64,000 bases of DNA from a virus, in the IMG/VR virus record IMGVR_UViG_3300047319_001547, positions 1-64,000 of that record, one strand, 5' to 3'. This document shows positions 47,569 through 56,243 of this stretch, piece by piece (position 1 is the stretch's first letter; each line of letters starts with the position of its first letter). The notes below the pieces were generated by a model. That model ran no database searches, was not told the DNA's origin, and saw nothing but the letters and a program-made list of their open reading frames with translations. Both the position numbers and the translations under genes were made by a program.

Positions 47569-47835
47569 ATGATGACCGGCGTGAAAATGCTGTTTCTGGG
47601 TTCTCTAGCGGCGCTCTGCGCCGGATGCCTCAACACGCCCGCCAAGGTGGTGGAGACGACCGTCCTGACGGCCGAGATGACGACCTGCATCCTGGAGCAC
47701 GTCACGGACCAGCTCCCCGCCATCCTGGTCGAGTGCAACATCCCGAAGGCGCTCGCCGACGAGGTGAAGGTGCTCGACACGGCGAACAAGAAGATGGCGG
47801 CCAAGAAGGCTGCCGCCTGCGCGGGCGCGAAGTAA
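47569..47835 (+). CDS. small lipoprotein
   Basis: hydrophobic leader ending LCAGC. Confidence 0.55.
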   Translation: MMTGVKMLFLGSLAALCAGCLNTPAKVVETTVLTAEMTTCILEHVTDQLPAILVECNIPKALADEVKVLDTANKKMAAKKAAACAGAK

Positions 47836-48055
47836 CGTCTGGGGCGTGTGGTCGATCTCTGAACTCACCGCCGCGAAGCTGAAGTACTTCGCCGCCGGGC
47901 TGACGCTGGCGGGCGCCATCTGGTGCTTCGCGCACGCGTGGTCGGTCGGGTGGGCGCAGTGATCCCGGTCGTGCGATTCGTCATCGGCGCGGTGCTGCTT
48001 GCCGGCGCCCTTCTGTTCGTCGTCCGGGCGAACTTTCAGAACCGGAGGCGCTGAG

Positions 48056-48682
48056 GTGCCGCGCCCCAGACCGCTGAGCGACGGCGAGGCGCGCCGGACT
48101 CTCGCCCACCGACTGGGGGGAAGGGTCGACCGCCTCCGGCAGTTCGCCACCCGGCTCGGCATCCGGCCGTATCGCTGCTGGCTTCACTGGACGAAGTGGA
48201 CCGGGGCGGAGCGCGGCCAGGGGCGCGAGGTCGAGATCCCGGGCGGTCTGATGGAGATCCTGCCGACCCCGAAGATCAAGAACCTCGACCAGGGCAGCTA
48301 CCAGTTCTTCTCGGGCGGCGTGCTGCCGGTCGGGAGCGTGAGGGTTCAGCAGATCAGCGTGAACTACACGGCCGACCAGCTGACCGGGCTGGCGGTGCCG
48401 ACGGCCGACTTCACGGAGGACAACAACCCGCCGCGCCGGCGGAGCGCGCGCGAGCTGCCAGCCAAGCCGTCCAACATCGACCTGCCGCACCCGTTCGACT
48501 TCTGCTGGGAGATCGCCGAGGACGAGCGTGGGGACGACCCGGCGGCGCGCCACAAGTTCCGCCTGCTGTCGTGGCCGTGGCGCGACGCGGGGGGCGTCCA
48601 GTGGAGCGTGCTGCTCGAACGCGTCTCGAACGACGAGAACCGCGACGGAACGCTCGACAGCGGGTTCGATCAGGATCGCTGA
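48056..48682 (+). CDS. putative head closure/neck protein
   Basis: position between adaptor and tail genes; GAG RBS + GTG. Confidence 0.5.
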   Translation: MPRPRPLSDGEARRTLAHRLGGRVDRLRQFATRLGIRPYRCWLHWTKWTGAERGQGREVEIPGGLMEILPTPKIKNLDQGSYQFFSGGVLPVGSVRVQQISVNYTADQLTGLAVPTADFTEDNNPPRRRSARELPAKPSNIDLPHPFDFCWEIAEDERGDDPAARHKFRLLSWPWRDAGGVQWSVLLERVSNDENRDGTLDSGFDQDR

Positions 48683-49386
48683 TGGGACTCTTCAACACGC
48701 TGCGCCGGATGATCGTCGGCACCCTCTGGGGGGACGTCGTGCCGGAGAAGTCCGAGCCGCCCAAGCAGCCGCTCGACGCGCGCCAGTGGGCAATTTCGGC
48801 GCTGCTCGACTACATCGCGACGATCCGCTTTCAGATCGACAACTCGCCCGCGCCCCCGAAGGCGTTCCAGATCGCGCGCGAGAACCTGCTGGACGAGTGG
48901 CCGGACAACATGGACACGCTGGTGTTCCCGTCGATCGCGGTGCTGCCGGGCGAGCCGATCATCACGCCGCGCGGGATGTCGAACTCGATCGACGAGTCGA
49001 CGCTGGACGTGTTCGGGATCGGGACCGCCGTGCTGCCGATCCACGAGCACCAGGAGCGGATCGTCCTGGAGGTCTGGGCGACAACGCGCTTCATGCGGGC
49101 CGCCATCGTGGCGGGACTGCAGTCGGCGTTCGACGCCTCCGAGGAGATGAGCGGGATCCGCATTCCGCTCCCCCACTACTTCGGCCAGGTGGCGCGCTTC
49201 ACCCTCGAGGGGGACGCGCGGGTCGACGACGAGAACAGCGCGCGCCGCCGGCGGCGGCAGCGCATGACGGTCCGGATGGAGGTCGACGTCGTTCGACTGG
49301 TCAACACCGTGCCGATCCTGCCCGAGACCGAAGTGGTGGTGGTGGGGCCGCTCGACTCGCTCGACGGCTCGCCCCCCACCCCCTGA
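48682..49386 (+). CDS. putative tail terminator/completion protein
   Basis: FPSIAV...LEVWA; directly before sheath. Confidence 0.5.
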   Translation: MGLFNTLRRMIVGTLWGDVVPEKSEPPKQPLDARQWAISALLDYIATIRFQIDNSPAPPKAFQIARENLLDEWPDNMDTLVFPSIAVLPGEPIITPRGMSNSIDESTLDVFGIGTAVLPIHEHQERIVLEVWATTRFMRAAIVAGLQSAFDASEEMSGIRIPLPHYFGQVARFTLEGDARVDDENSARRRRRQRMTVRMEVDVVRLVNTVPILPETEVVVVGPLDSLDGSPPTP

Positions 49387-49422
49387 AACGTGCAAGCCAG
49401 AAATCCGAGCCCTAGCCTGGGC

Positions 49423-49438
49423 TGGAACTCGAGTTCCA
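49423..49438. repeat. 16-bp palindrome copy 14 (intergenic, at predicted +1 of sheath promoter)
   Basis: exact match, flanks C...G; TAGCCT ends 4 nt upstream. Confidence 0.98.
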
Positions 49439-49461
49439 GGCGGACAGGGGAAAGCTGAGCC

Positions 49462-52053
49462 ATGTCGATCTTCACGCGCAGATTCCTGAGCGATCCGGGC
49501 GAGCAGGTTCTGCTCAACATCGAGTCGGTCAACATCATCGACCTCCAGCCTCCGAGCGACATCACGGGGGTAGGCAGCGGCACGGTCTGCATCGTCGGCG
49601 AGTTCGAGAACGGGCCATTCAACACCCCCACCGAGGTCTTCAGCGGCAACGGGTTCGTCGCCTCGTTCGGGTCGCTCGGCTACACGTACGGCGGCATCCA
49701 GGCGCAGAATCCCTGCGCGCGCGCCCGCAAGTCGGACGGCGCGCTCGTGCCGGAGTACTGGAACGGCAACGGGTTCGTCCAGCTCAACGCCAAACGGTTC
49801 TCTCGCCTCGTCGTGGCGCGCGTCGACACGAGCGTGGGAGCGGTCAGCGTCCAGCGGCTCGCGTTCCTGACGGGCGCCGCGTCGTTCCGCTACCAGCTCG
49901 CGAACGCTCAGGTGCTGCAGCTCGACGTCGGGGCGGGCCCGCTGAGCGCGACCTTCAACGCCACGGCGGCGACCGTCACGGCGGCCGGCGGCGTCTACCC
50001 CACCACCTTCGCGGGCGGCAACACGCTGACGCTCGGCTACGACTCGACGCCGAACTTCGTCGTCACCTTCCTGGCGGCCGATCAGACGCTCGCCCAGGTG
50101 GTGGCGCGCATCAATCAGTACGCCGGGTTCGCGTTCGCGGACTCGACGGGCGGGCAGCTGCGCCTGACGGGACTCCAGCAGGGGTCGGGCGCCCAGGTGC
50201 GGGTCGTGTCGGGTTCGGCCGGCGTGCTGACGCAGCTCGGCCTGACGTCCGCCACCACGTTCGGGACCGGCAACGTCGCGAACGTCGCGGCCGTCACCGC
50301 CCAGGAGATCACACTTGTGGTCCAGGCGGCGGTCGCCAACACGAAGGTCGAAGTCGACCAGAACGGGGCGCTGCGGATCTCCAACACGGTCGCGCCGGGC
50401 TTCATCCTGGTGGGCGCCGCCACGACGGCGGTCAACCTCGGCTTCCTGGTGGGCGCTGAGGCGACCGACAACGGCCAGCCCGTTCTGGTCAGCGGAGCCG
50501 GCACCTACAATCTCGGGACGACCGGGACCATCACACTTCAACTCGACGCGGCGCTGCCGAGCGTCGTGACGACCGTGACGGCGGGCGACAGCCTGGCGAC
50601 GACCGTCACGAACCTCAACGCAGCCTTCACGGCGGCCGGTCAGGGCGCGCCCGTGGTGGCTGACGGCGCGGTGCGGTTCGCCGTGACGGGCCCGAACCCG
50701 GGCGGAACCGTCTCGGTCGTAGCGGCAAGTTTGCCGGCCGTCCTGACGGAGCTCGGCCTGGTGGTGGGTGGCACGAAGGGACTTCTGCCGCCGTTCGGTC
50801 TGCTGCCGGCCGGCACGCAGGTGGGGGTGTCGGGCGGCGTCCAGTTCGTGACGATGCAGGACATCGACTTCGAGCTGGCGGGCGTCAGCATCTCGGGCGT
50901 CCTTCAGGTGAAGGCCGCCAGCTACTCGGTGAAGATCCGGCACGCACTCGACGACGGGACGGGGCTCGGAACGGGCGCCGGGACCGTGACGGTGATCGCG
51001 AGCTCGCCGGCGATCGGCGCCTTCTCGGTCATCAACCCCCAGATCGTCTCTGCTGCCCTCACGGAGGCGGCGATCGACTCTCAGTACACGACCGCCCTTC
51101 AGTCGACGACCAACATCACGAACGTCGGGCAGCAGATCAACGTCCAGTGGTCGGCCCGGCAGTCGAACACGATCCGGAGCGCGCTGAAGAACACCGCTCT
51201 GAACGCCAGCGCGGCCGGATGTCTCGGCCGGATGGCGATCGTCCGGACGCCGATGAACACGCTCGAGGCGACCGCGCTCTCCACGACTGCCCAGCCGGGC
51301 GTCGGCGCGACGCGCGATCAGCGGGTCGTCTTCTGCTACCCGCAGGCCAACACGTTCGTGCCCATCATCGCCCTCCTGGGGATCAGCGGCGGCACGGGCT
51401 TCACGGCGACCGGCAACGTCGACGTCGGGGCGGACGGCTTCCTGGCGTCGATCCTCAGCCTTCTGAACCCCGAGGAGGACCCCGGGCAGGCGACGAGCTT
51501 CACGGGCGGCGTCAACAGCCTGGAGAGCGGCGCGAACATCCAGCAGGCCAACGGCGGGCTGGGCTTCCAGATGAGCGACTACCAAGCCTTCAAGGCGGCG
51601 GGCATCTGCGCGCTCCGGATCGACACCGGCGTTGCGATCTTCCAGAGCGGCGTGACGAGCGTCGACCCGCTGGTGTTCCCGAATCTGGTGGACATCAATC
51701 GCCGGCGGATCGCCGACTTCATCCAGGACAGCATCGCGATCTCGATGAAGCAGTACGGAAAGAAGCTCTCGACCGTCAAGCGGCGCGCCGCGATCGTGAC
51801 GCAGATCCGAAACTTCATGACGGGACTCGCCGGCGGCGGGCCGGGGGCGGCGGACGGCAACCCGAACAACCCCGACGCTCAGAGGATCGCGGGCTTCTCG
51901 CTCGACCCGAAGACGGCCAACACGGTGACGTCCCTCGGCAAGGGTCTGTTCCGCCTGATCCTGCGCACCCGCACGCTCTCGAGCCTGAAGGCCATCGTGA
52001 TTCAGACCGAGATCGGACCGACCGTCGTCACCGTCAGCGAGCTGACGGGCTGA
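49462..52053 (+). CDS. tail sheath protein with inserted domains
   Basis: TVCIVGEFENGPFN.P.EV......F..FG, LVVARV, C-terminal INRRRIADFI. Confidence 0.85.
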   Translation: MSIFTRRFLSDPGEQVLLNIESVNIIDLQPPSDITGVGSGTVCIVGEFENGPFNTPTEVFSGNGFVASFGSLGYTYGGIQAQNPCARARKSDGALVPEYWNGNGFVQLNAKRFSRLVVARVDTSVGAVSVQRLAFLTGAASFRYQLANAQVLQLDVGAGPLSATFNATAATVTAAGGVYPTTFAGGNTLTLGYDSTPNFVVTFLAADQTLAQVVARINQYAGFAFADSTGGQLRLTGLQQGSGAQVRVVSGSAGVLTQLGLTSATTFGTGNVANVAAVTAQEITLVVQAAVANTKVEVDQNGALRISNTVAPGFILVGAATTAVNLGFLVGAEATDNGQPVLVSGAGTYNLGTTGTITLQLDAALPSVVTTVTAGDSLATTVTNLNAAFTAAGQGAPVVADGAVRFAVTGPNPGGTVSVVAASLPAVLTELGLVVGGTKGLLPPFGLLPAGTQVGVSGGVQFVTMQDIDFELAGVSISGVLQVKAASYSVKIRHALDDGTGLGTGAGTVTVIASSPAIGAFSVINPQIVSAALTEAAIDSQYTTALQSTTNITNVGQQINVQWSARQSNTIRSALKNTALNASAAGCLGRMAIVRTPMNTLEATALSTTAQPGVGATRDQRVVFCYPQANTFVPIIALLGISGGTGFTATGNVDVGADGFLASILSLLNPEEDPGQATSFTGGVNSLESGANIQQANGGLGFQMSDYQAFKAAGICALRIDTGVAIFQSGVTSVDPLVFPNLVDINRRRIADFIQDSIAISMKQYGKKLSTVKRRAAIVTQIRNFMTGLAGGGPGAADGNPNNPDAQRIAGFSLDPKTANTVTSLGKGLFRLILRTRTLSSLKAIVIQTEIGPTVVTVSELTG

Positions 52054-52065
52054 CAGGAGAACTCG

Positions 52066-52503
52066 ATGCCCTCACTGCGAATCAGGGGTCAGGAGACCCA
52101 AATCGTCCTCACGCGCGGCGGCGTCCTCGAGACGACGTTCGACAACATCCACTCGCTCAACATCGAACTCGAGAGCGAGATCCTGGAGGCGTCCTACCTG
52201 GGGATGAAGACGAAGCTCCACGACGACATCTTCCACGGCGTGAAGGGCGACTTCGAGTGGCACTCGCACTCTCAGGACTGGCTGCGGTGGGCGCTCGCCC
52301 TGATGGACCGGCAGAAGCGCAACACGCCGGCGCTCGTGTTCAACATCACGACCGTGCTGTTCTACCCGAACTTCGACAACCCCCAGATCTTCATCCCGGA
52401 CGTGAAGTTCGGGCCGCTCGGCGTCGGAATCCCGAACCGGGAAGCGTACGTGAACAAGAAGATCACCTACGCGGCTGACGACTTTGATGTGCAGTTGTCG
52501 TGA
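52066..52503 (+). CDS. tail tube protein
   Basis: 145 aa beta protein directly after sheath, AGGAG RBS. Confidence 0.7.
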   Translation: MPSLRIRGQETQIVLTRGGVLETTFDNIHSLNIELESEILEASYLGMKTKLHDDIFHGVKGDFEWHSHSQDWLRWALALMDRQKRNTPALVFNITTVLFYPNFDNPQIFIPDVKFGPLGVGIPNREAYVNKKITYAADDFDVQLS

Positions 52504-52541
52504 GGTTGTACATCATCTAAGTTAGCTACTAAGCTAACGGG

Positions 52542-53222
52542 ATGACAACAAGACGGCGGGTGTTTCGCGGGCCAGATCTGACGGGGCGGACGTTCGAACG
52601 ACTTTTCGTAATCGAACGAACGACGTTCGACGGGCGCAAATGGAAATGGCGGTGCCGTTGCGCGTGCGGCTCTGAGGTCGACGTCATCGGCCAGAACCTC
52701 GTACGGGGGAATACGCGTTCGTGCGGGTGCTTTCACAGCCAGCGCGTCAAAGAGACCTTCACGACGCACGGGTTTTGCGCCGAAGGTCCGCCAAAGACGG
52801 AGTACCGGATCTGGAACTGCATCCAGCAGCGATGCCAGAACCCGAAGAACCCCAACTGGCCGAACTACGGGGGGCGAGGGATTCGTCTGTGTGCCCAGTG
52901 GCAGACGTTCGAGGGGTTCTTCGCAGACGTCGGTCCGCGACCGTCTCCCGATCTCACGCTCGACCGGAAGGACAACAACGGCGACTACGAGCCCGGGAAC
53001 GTTCGGTGGGCCACGCAGGCAGAGCAGATCCGCAATCGGCGCAGCAGCGTCATTGTGGAGCACGCTGGCGAAAAACTGTCAGTGACGGAGTGGGGGCGAC
53101 GTTTTGGGATCGAACCGAAGACTCTCAAGAACCGACTCTTCCACCAGAAGTTGTCGTTCGAGGAGGCGACATCGCGACCAGGACGGAAAGCGTGCGTAGG
53201 GGGCTCGCCTCCCCCAGCCTGA
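52542..53222 (+). mobile_element. free-standing HNH homing endonuclease
   Basis: DLTGRTF.RL...WRCRC.CG...TRSCGC...RC.NP....YGGRGI...TLDRKDNNGDYEPGNVRWAT..Q.RNR; own AT-rich promoter TTGTAC-18nt-TAAGCT-6nt-ATG. Confidence 0.85.
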
Positions 53223-53376
53223 CGGTGGGCTGACCGGGAGGCATCTACCTCGCGGGGGCCCGCCGGTCTCATGCAGCCGCGCCGCGCCTCCTCGCTGCGT
53301 CCTGCGCCTCCCGGAGGCCGGCGGGCACCCACCATCCCGCGGACGCGTCTGCGGGGCGCCCAGGAGCGGGACGGGG

Positions 53377-53673
53377 CTATCCGGTGACCTTCCCGCAGTC
53401 CATCTCCGTTTCGTTCAGAGCGGCTTCGAGCGCCCTGATGGGGTTAGGATCGCCCGCCGGAAGCTCGACCGCAGCCAGCAGCTCCTTCTGAAGCTGGTCG
53501 ATCGTCCCGGCGTGCCCCTTCACGAAGTCGCCCAGCAGGCAGCAGAGACCCTCGACGGCCTCCGCACGCGTCTCGCCGTGGGCCGCCGCCCCGACGCCTT
53601 CGATGCTGGCCTCCCAGTGGCCGCCCTCTTGACGCTCCGTCTTCAGCACGCTCTTGACCTCTAGATCGCTCAT
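53377..53673 (-). CDS. HicB-like protein
   Basis: ERQEGGHWEASIEGVGAAAHGETRAEAVEGL matches HicB N-terminal pattern. Confidence 0.6.
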   Translation of the reverse strand: MSDLEVKSVLKTERQEGGHWEASIEGVGAAAHGETRAEAVEGLCCLLGDFVKGHAGTIDQLQKELLAAVELPAGDPNPIRALEAALNETEMDCGKVTG

Positions 53674-54251
53674 GGGGCGGGAGATGCCGCGCGCGACTTC
53701 GGCTCGTCGTCCTTCTCGATCGTCTGCTTGTAGAGGTTCCCCGACGGTGCGTGGAAGATGACGATGCCCTCCGGGCGCATGAAGCCGGGGGCTGCAACGC
53801 TTCCTTTTTCTTTCAGATCGTTCATGCACATGCGGATCCCGTCGGTGTCGAACGTGTCGAACAGTCCGAGAATTGGAACGACGTCGCAGCAGGGCGGCCG
53901 AATCTGGCGAGCTTCACCGTGAGGCTCTTCCGCGAGCCAGCGTCCGACGTTGAAGAGTGAGAAACGCTTCTCCTTCAAGTCGTAGCGGCGCTGGATCCCT
54001 TGACCCCACCACTCGCCGAAGTGCCGACCGGGCCCGAGTCCTCGCAGCTCTTCGCGGTGTTCCGACACCCAGAAGGCGAAGCCGAAGTTGTCCGCATCGG
54101 GAGAGATCCAGCGTGTGCGGGATCCCGCCGTCACGGTTCCGTCTTCGGCCACATGCACGCAGGCGTTCGTGCCGTCGATCTTCTCCGTCACGATGATGCG
54201 GCGCTGGAGGCGGAAGATCTTCGGGAACTCGACGAAGTCGTTGTCGCTCAT
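53670..54251 (-). CDS. RNA ligase (Rnl2-type nucleotidyltransferase domain)
   Basis: FPKI.R, TEKIDGTN (motif I), GSRTR, FGEWWG.GIQ, F.LFN, EGIV, YK. Confidence 0.9.
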   Translation of the reverse strand: MSDNDFVEFPKIFRLQRRIIVTEKIDGTNACVHVAEDGTVTAGSRTRWISPDADNFGFAFWVSEHREELRGLGPGRHFGEWWGQGIQRRYDLKEKRFSLFNVGRWLAEEPHGEARQIRPPCCDVVPILGLFDTFDTDGIRMCMNDLKEKGSVAAPGFMRPEGIVIFHAPSGNLYKQTIEKDDEPKSRAASPAP

Positions 54252-54484
54252 GCGTCAGGAGTTGCCGCGCGAATTATCGCGTCGACGGCATACGGGAGCC
54301 ACGGAGGAGGAGAAGGATACCCAGCACGGATCATCCAACCCCACGCCCATTGAGCAGCTTCGTGAGACCCCATCCCCATCCGCGCCGACAGCGAAGCGTA
54401 CGCCGCCACGTCGGGGGCAATTTCGCCGTTTACACCCCAGCGCGTATCACCAATCGCTAATCGGATCGCATCCTCGTGCGTCAC
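54248..54484 (-). CDS. hypothetical protein
   Basis: overlapping start/stop with both neighbours. Confidence 0.5.
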   Translation of the reverse strand: MTHEDAIRLAIGDTRWGVNGEIAPDVAAYASLSARMGMGSHEAAQWAWGWMIRAGYPSPPPWLPYAVDAIIRAATPDA

Positions 54485-54789
54485 GGTTCCGCCGATTCAT
54501 CGGGCGCCAGGACGGTCAGGCAGATGCGCGCGCCCGCATCGTCCCGGACGACGAACCGGATCGGCGCGCCGTCGGTCGCGCACCAGATCTCGTCGCCCGT
54601 CCCGGTCCGCCCCTGGGTGCGCTCGGCGGTCCGGCTGATGATCATGCACTCGACGCGCGCCCTCCCGGGGGACAGCTGGGGGCAGATGCGCTCGCGGAAC
54701 TGGTCGAACGCGTGCCCGGAGATGAAGAACGGGCCGTCGTGGCGGCGCTTCGGGCCCCCGTGAGCTGCTGACTTGTGAGACTTCCCCAC
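54481..54789 (-). CDS. small protein with toxin-ribonuclease-like N-terminal motif
   Basis: FFISGHAFDQFRERI...IRFVV...ICLTVL resembles hSxHAxxRxxER proteins. Confidence 0.45.
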   Translation of the reverse strand: MGKSHKSAAHGGPKRRHDGPFFISGHAFDQFRERICPQLSPGRARVECMIISRTAERTQGRTGTGDEIWCATDGAPIRFVVRDDAGARICLTVLAPDESAEP

Positions 54790-54809
54790 GGCTTCTTCTT
54801 GCCGCTCGC

Positions 54810-54825
54810 TGGAACTCGAGTTCCA
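54810..54825. repeat. 16-bp palindrome copy 15 (between divergent genes)
   Basis: exact match, flanks C...A. Confidence 0.98.
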
Positions 54826-54841
54826 AGCGACGATCCGGTGG

Positions 54842-55363
54842 GTGAGCAAGATCACGATCGACCAGGCGCCCGGGTGGGTGAAGAACCTGGAGGGGGAGCT
54901 GCACCGCGCCGCCCTGAAGGGCGTCAGGTCTGCCGGCCAGCGGCTCGTCTCTCACATCCAGACGGAGGTCATCCCGGCGGAGTCGCGCGTGCCGGTCGAC
55001 CGCGGGATCTACAAGGCGGCCTGGAGGTCGACGAACGAGCCGAACGGCTGCGACGTCCACAACGACAGCCCGCACGCGGGCTTCATCGATGACGGGGTGA
55101 GGGGGGCGAACGTGAAGATCGGCCGCAAGCTGATCGAGGCGCTGGTCGACTGGGTGCAGCGCAAGGGGTTGGTGCGGGACGTTTCGCGCAACTCCAAGAC
55201 GGCGGCCGCGCGTCAGATCGCCTGGGGGATCGCCAAGTCGATGCAGAAGAAAGGGATCTTCAACTCGGGTGCGGGCCTGAAGATCCTCGAGAAGGGGCGG
55301 CGCCAGGTGGCGCGCTTCATCGACGAGGAGGTCAGACGCGAGATTGAGAAGATCCGACGCTGA
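54842..55363 (+). CDS. HK97 gp10-like neck/tail protein
   Basis: VPVDRG.YK..W...HNDSPHAGFIDDG.R. Confidence 0.7.
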   Translation: MSKITIDQAPGWVKNLEGELHRAALKGVRSAGQRLVSHIQTEVIPAESRVPVDRGIYKAAWRSTNEPNGCDVHNDSPHAGFIDDGVRGANVKIGRKLIEALVDWVQRKGLVRDVSRNSKTAAARQIAWGIAKSMQKKGIFNSGAGLKILEKGRRQVARFIDEEVRREIEKIRR

Positions 55364-55391
55364 GCGCACAATCGCCGCGGAGGCGCGTGAG

Positions 55392-55964
55392 ATGAGCGAG
55401 ATCGGCGAGAATCCGGAGCGCGAAGAGCGCAAGAAGAGCCTGACGGACGCCCTGCGGTCGGCCGCCGCGGACGGCGGAGCGATCCCCGGAGTGGTCGACC
55501 TCGACGACGAGGAAGACGTCGCGGAGGTGGCGCCCGGCGGCTCCGCGCCCGCTTGGGCGATCGTGCCGAGCGGCGGCGAAATCCCGTTCGTGATGCCGGA
55601 AGGCTGGGTGGTGTTCTTCATCCGGTTCCGCGCCAAGTGGACGAACCGGCCCGGCAGCGCGGACCGCCAGTGCATCCTCTGGAACCTCTCGGAGTCCGAC
55701 GAGAAGCGCGCCAGCGCCCGCGCGCGCGGCGACGGGATGAGGCTCGTCGAGGAGATGAGCAAGCAGATGATCCGCGCGATCGACGGCGAGCGCGCCGACT
55801 GGAGCGGCGCCCCGGGCCCGCAGAACGTCGGGCAGTTCTGGAGCGAGATCGGCGGAAAGTGCCGCTACATGCTCAAGTCTCACTACCTCAAGACTCACAC
55901 GATGAGCACGGAGGAGACCGTCGATTTTTTCGACAACTGCGTCGCGTCGAGGTCGGTCGGCTGA
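55392..55964 (+). CDS. tail assembly chaperone (G-like)
   Basis: GGAGG RBS; upstream of tape measure; slippery site near 3' end. Confidence 0.7.
   Translation: MSEIGENPEREERKKSLTDALRSAAADGGAIPGVVDLDDEEDVAEVAPGGSAPAWAIVPSGGEIPFVMPEGWVVFFIRFRAKWTNRPGSADRQCILWNLSESDEKRASARARGDGMRLVEEMSKQMIRAIDGERADWSGAPGPQNVGQFWSEIGGKCRYMLKSHYLKTHTMSTEETVDFFDNCVASRSVG
55925..55931 (+). other. -1 programmed frameshift heptamer T TTT TTC giving GT-like extension to 56251
   Basis: in-frame GAT TTT TTC; -1 frame open to 56251; hairpin GGTCGGTC-GGCT-GACCGACC at 55951-55970. Confidence 0.8.
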
Positions 55965-56243
55965 CCGACCGCGGGCGGCCGTTCCCGGCCGACCCGGACG
56001 CCGTCGAAGACATCCTCGACCGGCTGGTGGTGTGCCGCAGCCTGGACGTCTCGCTGCTGGCTCGGTTCGACGCCGCCGCGCAGGCGCGAACCCGCCTGAG
56101 AATGAAGCTCTCGCTGGCCCGCCACGGCCGGATCCCGCCCTCCTACTGGGATGGGAAGGATGTCGCGGAGATCCGCGCCTACTACCATGAGCTGGTCGCG
56201 ATGATCACCGCCGAGCACGGTGCGCCCGACGTGGAGGACGCTG

